NCBI GenBank assembly: GCA_022616235.1
Contig: JAKEFC010000077.1
Coordinates: 1-53,735, forward strand
DNA length: 53,735 nucleotides
DNA from: Planctomycetota bacterium
Lineage (GTDB): Bacteria; Planctomycetota; UBA8108; UBA1146; JAKEFC01
Reading direction: 5' to 3'
Every line of letters starts with the position of its first letter. Position 1 is the first letter of the stretch. Position numbers and translations under genes: made by a program. The notes under the pieces are model-generated. The model was given only the letters and a program-made list of their open reading frames with translations, did not search any database and was not told where the DNA came from. Shown piece by piece: positions 53,185-53,735 of the stretch.

Positions 53185-53735
53185 GCACTCTCCAAGTCAG
53201 CGGGTCCGGCCGGCGCCGGCGCGCCCGGCACTTCGCCGCGGCGCGCGCGCCGCGCATTCGCTTCCGCGGGCGCGCCGCGCGACGGGCGCTCCGAGTCCTG
53301 CTCGAGCAGAACGCGGAGCCGCTCGTGGGCCCGAAAGATCCGGTTGCGAATCGTACCTTCCGGCTCGGCTAGGAGGCGCGCGATCTGGGCCGGGGTCAAC
53401 CCCGACCAATAGCGCAGGATCACCACCGTGCGATAAAGGTCGTCGAGGCGCGCGAGCGCGGCTCCGATCCGCGCATCTTCCTCGCGCCGCTCGAGGCTGC
53501 CTTCCATGGCCGCGCGCTGATCGTCCACCGGCAACAACAAGGCAGGCTCGACGGGACGCTCCGGACGCGCTTGCCGGCGGCGCAGCGCATCGATCGTCTT
53601 GTTCGCCGCGATCGTAAAGAGCCACGCGAAGAAGCTGCCGGCATCCCGCAATGTGGCACGCTTTTCGTAGGCGTGCAGAAAAGTGTCCTGCGTTAGGTCG
53701 CGAGCTCTCTCCGTGTCGCGAATCCTTTGTTGGAC
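53181..53735 (-). CDS. ECF sigma factor, with its N-terminus beyond the window edge
   Basis: Region 2.x is DLTQDTFLHAYEKRATLRDAGSFFAWLFTIAANKTIDALRRR, and the reading frame stays open to position 53735. Region 4 is LYRTVVILRYWSGLTPAQIARLLAEPEGTIRNRIFRAHERLR. Confidence 0.85.
   Translation of the reverse strand, partial: VQQRIRDTERARDLTQDTFLHAYEKRATLRDAGSFFAWLFTIAANKTIDALRRRQARPERPVEPALLLPVDDQRAAMEGSLERREEDARIGAALARLDDLYRTVVILRYWSGLTPAQIARLLAEPEGTIRNRIFRAHERLRVLLEQDSERPSRGAPAEANARRARRGEVPGAPAPAGPADLESA

Noticed and set aside
1-53735. CRISPR arrays, tRNA/rRNA genes, prophage or transposon genes, toxin-antitoxin or restriction/defence genes.
   Set aside because: I scanned the intergenic regions of 90 nt or more and the ORF track. 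I found no regularly spaced repeat-spacer array, no tRNA-like T-arm/acceptor patterns, and no integrase, transposase, nuclease or helicase motifs. The repeats that were found are dispersed single copies, not arrays.

Overview
This is a GC-rich (about 70% by eye), densely coding 53.7 kb bacterial chromosomal window with about 45 supportable CDS. All protein names come from motifs I recognised in the supplied translations; no homology search was run.

Layout:
(1) A minus-strand operon: dnaE - yggS - FHA/Ser-Thr kinase - DUF167(yggU).
(2) A plus-strand division/cell-wall (dcw) cluster: mraZ - [small coiled-coil ORF] - rsmH - ftsL-like - ftsI - murE - murF - ftsW - murG - [LysM membrane protein] - murC - murB - ftsQ-like - [DUF62 SAM hydrolase]. 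Within the cluster it lacks mraY, murD, ddl, ftsA and ftsZ.
(3) A small MshEN-motif protein followed by a zinc-ribbon transmembrane protein.
(4) Two tandem groEL paralogues with no groES, then dnaJ - grpE - FmdB-type zinc ribbon - yacG-like.
(5) A DUF1559-type prepilin-like gene, then a 956-nt intergenic region containing a consensus sigma70 promoter.
(6) An operon of secreted protein, small protein and BamB-like lipoprotein.
(7) tilS, a TonB-like gene, a TPR/HExxH peptidase, purB and rsgA.
(8) An ECF sigma/anti-sigma (FecR) pair, a DUF4388-MshEN-TM-PEGA-beta-propeller giant with a coupled secreted protein, hemW, two more MshEN/T2SSE_N proteins, and a second anti-sigma/ECF sigma pair that runs off the window end.

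The gene content (FtsZ-less dcw cluster, DUF1559 prepilin-like protein, stand-alone T2SSE_N proteins, many ECF sigmas) suggests a Planctomycetota-like organism. That is inference only.

I saw no rRNA, tRNA, CRISPR array, transposase, integrase or recognisable defence genes.

The most unusual signals are:
(a) A modular, highly structured intergenic repeat family with at least 6 loci. One copy is a 178-nt imperfect palindrome, one sits behind a perfect TTGACA-N18-TATAAT promoter, and three bracket the chaperone genes.
(b) Extra genes translationally coupled inside the reduced dcw cluster.
(c) A concentration of MshEN-type (c-di-GMP receptor-like) motifs fused or adjacent to zinc ribbons and envelope-spanning proteins.

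I could not identify a clear-cut novel multi-gene system such as a defence island. The candidates below are ranked accordingly.
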